NCBI GenBank assembly: GCA_963785415.1
Contig: CAWAVB010000001.1
Coordinates: 1,973,479-2,037,478 of the forward strand
Direction of reading: 5' to 3'
From: an uncultured Acidimicrobiaceae bacterium
GTDB taxonomy: Bacteria > Actinomycetota > Acidimicrobiia > Acidimicrobiales > Bog-793
Length of the DNA stretch: 64,000 bases
In this document: one piece after another, positions 61,283 to 64,000 of the stretch
How positions within the stretch are numbered: the first letter of the stretch is position 1
Layout of the letters: every line of letters begins with the position of its first letter
Translations under genes and position numbers: made by a program
The notes under the pieces: generated by a model
Database searches by the model: none
What the model saw: only the letters and a program-made list of their open reading frames with translations
What the model was told of the DNA's origin: nothing

Positions 61283-61915
61283 GTGACCGCCGACCCGGGT
61301 CTTGCGACACCGGTCCCGAAGCGCAGCGGGCTGCGGATGACCGCCGACGAACGGCGCGCCGCCGTCCTCCAGTCCGCACTGAAGGTCTTCGCCCGCGACG
61401 GCATCGCCGGGGCGTCGACCGAGGAGATCGCCGCCGGGGCGGGGATCTCCCAGCCGTATCTGTTCCGGCTCTTCGGGACGAAAAAGGAGCTCTTCTTGGA
61501 GACCGTCGCGCTTGGCTGCGCGGCGATCATCCGGTCGTTCCGGCAGGCGAGCGAGGGTCTCGAAGGCGCCGAGGCGCTCGAGGCGATGGGCCGGAGCTAC
61601 CCCGCGCTCATCACCAACCACGACCTGCTCCTCATCCAGCTGCAGGGCTACGCGGCGTCGGGCGACCCGGAGATCCGCGCCTTCACGTCGGGCCAGTTCG
61701 CGAACATCGTCCACTACGTCGCCGACCGCACCGGACTCGGGCCGGCGGCGATGCGGGAGTTCTTCGCCCAGGGGATGCTCTGCAACCTCGTCGCCGCGCT
61801 CGAGCTCGCAGGCGTCGAGGAGCTCTGGAGCGACCTCCAGGACAACCCGTTCGTGAAGGCCATGCACGGCCCGTTCTTCGCCCGCCGCGGCGCCGAGCCG
61901 CCGACCGCCGACTAG
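61283..61915 (+). CDS. TetR-family regulator
   Basis: HTH FARDG..GASTEEIA..AGISQPYLFRLFGTKKELF. Confidence 0.92.
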   Translation: MTADPGLATPVPKRSGLRMTADERRAAVLQSALKVFARDGIAGASTEEIAAGAGISQPYLFRLFGTKKELFLETVALGCAAIIRSFRQASEGLEGAEALEAMGRSYPALITNHDLLLIQLQGYAASGDPEIRAFTSGQFANIVHYVADRTGLGPAAMREFFAQGMLCNLVAALELAGVEELWSDLQDNPFVKAMHGPFFARRGAEPPTAD

Positions 61916-61996
61916 GCCGGTACCGCCTCTCCGAGTTCCGTTGTGCAATCGATAACTAGTGACTACTCAATACCAAGAAGAGCGAAGGAGGGCAGT

Positions 61997-63448
61997 GTGA
62001 TCACCAGTGACGCAGCTCGAGCCCGGAGCGCCGGATCCGCCCGCCGGCCCCGTTCGACCGTCTTCTGGGCGATCCTCATCACCGGTGTGGCGCAGTTCAT
62101 GGCGGCGCTCGACAATCTCGTCGTCACGACGGCGCTGCCGGTGATCCGTCGCAGCCTCGGAACCGGTCTCGCCGGCCTCGAGTGGACGGTCAACGCGTTC
62201 ACGCTGACCTTCGCCGTGTTCTTGCTCACGGGCGCCGCGCTCGGTGACCGCTTCGGCCGGCGCCGGATGTTCGTCGTCGGGCTCGCGCTCTTCACTGTCT
62301 CGTCCGCCGCGGCCGCGCTCGCGCCGAACATCGACGCGCTCGTCGCGGCCCGCGCCTTCCAGGGAGCCGGTGGCGCGCTCATCGTGCCGCTCTCGCTGAC
62401 ACTGCTGTCGGCCGGGGTGCCCGCGGCGCGCCGCGACATCGCGCTTGGCATCTGGGGTGCCCTCGGCGGGCTCGCCGTCGCCGTCGGGCCGCTCGTCGGC
62501 GGTGCCGTCGTCCAGGGATTGTCGTGGCACTGGATCTTCTGGATCAACGTCCCGATCGGGATCGCGCTCGTACCGCTCGCCAGGTTCCGCCTCGCCGAGT
62601 CCTTTGGTGACCGCCGGCCGCTCGACGTCACCGGCGTCGTCCTGGCGAGCGCGGGGCTTTTCGGGGTCGTGTTCGGCCTCGTTCGGGGCGGTGCGCTCGG
62701 CTGGGGGAGCGACGAGGTGCTCGCCGGATTCGCCGCCGGAGCCGCGGCGCTCGCCGGGTTCTTCCTGACCGAGCACCGCTCCGCCCATCCGATGCTGCCG
62801 CTCCGGCTGTTCCGACTGCGGAGCTTCTCGGTCGTGAACGGCGTCTCGGTGTTCATGAGCTTCGGGATGTTCGGGTCGATCTTCTTCCTCGCCCAGTTCC
62901 TCCAGACGGTCCAGCACTACTCGCCGCTCTCCGCGGGGATCCGGACGCTGCCTTGGACGGCGATGCCCGTCGTCGTCGCGCCGGCCGCGGGACTGCTCGT
63001 CGAGCGGCTCGGCGGGCGCGCGCTCATCGCGACGGGGCTCGCCCTGCAGGCGGTCGGGCTCGGATGGATCGCCGTCGTGCTCACGCCGACGACGCCGTAC
63101 GTGGACTTCATCCCGGCCTTCGTCTTGTCCGGCGTCGGGATGTCGCTCTTTTTCGTCCCGGTCGCCTCCGTCGTCCTCGGCGCGGTGCCCCGTGTCGCCG
63201 AGGGCGTCGCCTCGGGAACGAACAACGCCCTGCGCGAACTCGGCGGGGTGCTCGGGATTTCCGTCTTGGGCGCAGTGTTCGCGAGCTTCGGGAGCTACAC
63301 GAGCGGCGCGAGCTACGTCACCGGGCTCATGCCGGCGCTGCGCGTCGGTATCGGCGTCGTCGCCGTCGGCGCGTTGCTCGCGCACCTGCTTCCGGGCCGG
63401 CGCCAAACCGACCCGCTGCTCGCGGCGTCGGCGCTGGAGGCGGCGTGA
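61997..63448 (+). CDS. DHA2 (EmrB/QacA) MFS efflux pump
   Basis: LDNLVVTTALP, LGDRFGRRR, WIFWINVPIG, 14-TM pattern. RBS AAGGAGG. Confidence 0.93.
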   Translation: MITSDAARARSAGSARRPRSTVFWAILITGVAQFMAALDNLVVTTALPVIRRSLGTGLAGLEWTVNAFTLTFAVFLLTGAALGDRFGRRRMFVVGLALFTVSSAAAALAPNIDALVAARAFQGAGGALIVPLSLTLLSAGVPAARRDIALGIWGALGGLAVAVGPLVGGAVVQGLSWHWIFWINVPIGIALVPLARFRLAESFGDRRPLDVTGVVLASAGLFGVVFGLVRGGALGWGSDEVLAGFAAGAAALAGFFLTEHRSAHPMLPLRLFRLRSFSVVNGVSVFMSFGMFGSIFFLAQFLQTVQHYSPLSAGIRTLPWTAMPVVVAPAAGLLVERLGGRALIATGLALQAVGLGWIAVVLTPTTPYVDFIPAFVLSGVGMSLFFVPVASVVLGAVPRVAEGVASGTNNALRELGGVLGISVLGAVFASFGSYTSGASYVTGLMPALRVGIGVVAVGALLAHLLPGRRQTDPLLAASALEAA

Positions 63449-63512
63449 CGCGCCTTTCCGCCGAGGTCGGGGCGCCTTCGAGTCGCGTCGGCCGACCGAT
63501 TAGATTCAAGGC

Positions 63513-64000
63513 ATGGCGAGCAAGCGCGGGACGAAAGGTAACGCAGCGGAACACGTGACGGGGACGGACCGGGTGAAGCGCGGCCTCGCCGAGATGCTGC
63601 GGGGCGGCGTGATCATGGACGTCGTGACCCCCGAGCACGCGAAGATCGCCGAGGACGCCGGGGCCGTCGCCGTGATGGCGCTCGAGCGTGTCCCGGCCGA
63701 CATCCGTCGGGACGGTGGCGTCGCGCGCATGAGCGACCCGGCTCTCATCGAGGCGATCAAGGCGGCGGTGACGATCCCCGTCATGGCCAAGGCGCGCATC
63801 GGGCACTTCGCCGAGGCGCAGATCCTCGAGGCGCTGGAGGTCGACTACATCGACGAGAGCGAGGTCCTTACCCCGGCCGACGAGGCGTACCACATCGACA
63901 AGTGGGCCTTCGAGGTCCCGTTCGTCTGCGGCGCGACGAACCTCGGCGAGGCGCTGCGGCGCATCTCGGAGGGCGCGGCGCTGATCCGCTCGAAAGGGGA
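63513..64000 (+). CDS. pdxS: Pyridoxal 5'-phosphate synthase lyase subunit (3'-truncated)
   Basis: [22 protein letters not shown]...[13 protein letters not shown]...MAKARIGHF...[13 protein letters not shown]. Not in the ORF track because the stop is outside the window. Confidence 0.96.
   Translation, partial: MASKRGTKGNAAEHVTGTDRVKRGLAEMLRGGVIMDVVTPEHAKIAEDAGAVAVMALERVPADIRRDGGVARMSDPALIEAIKAAVTIPVMAKARIGHFAEAQILEALEVDYIDESEVLTPADEAYHIDKWAFEVPFVCGATNLGEALRRISEGAALIRSKG

Noticed and set aside
1-64000. CRISPR array, rRNA or prophage structural genes
   Set aside because: I saw no regularly spaced repeats, rRNA-like sequence or virion genes.

Overview
High-GC actinobacterial DNA, probably Acidimicrobiia-like (a guess from gene content). 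The window has two parts. Bases 1 to about 20,710 are a genomic island whose right end is a tyrosine integrase beside tRNA-Gly(GCC); its left end lies outside the window. The island carries three things: (i) a probable DarT-like ADP-ribosyltransferase (3' end only) coupled to an ADP-ribosylglycohydrolase with a PcrA/UvrD-type Tudor tail; (ii) a Zn-ribbon protein gene cleanly split by an IS256 element (8-bp target duplication); (iii) a roughly 13-kb module with four fluoride (crcB) riboswitches but no Fluc/CLC-F exporter. Those riboswitches lead a cation:proton antiporter, a tandem MutS-domain ATPase pair (plus a downstream MFS), a 2-TM microprotein, and an operon of dynamin-like GTPase, enolase, prenyltransferase-repeat protein, HyfB remnant and histidine phosphatase. 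That module is bracketed by a degenerate 127-bp att-like direct repeat. From about 20.8 kb the window looks like core genome: dut, orn, two-component genes, a Pat-type acetyltransferase, msrA, a xylose/arabinose ABC and catabolic operon with AraM-type G1P dehydrogenase, an aquaporin, egtB/egtD, CHAD, a MurT-GatD fusion, TldD/E, pyk, a cobalamin-riboswitch-controlled ABC importer, FTR1, peroxiredoxin, TetR-MFS and pdxS. Three single-base frameshifts may be assembly errors. All family calls come from motif recognition by eye; no searches were run.
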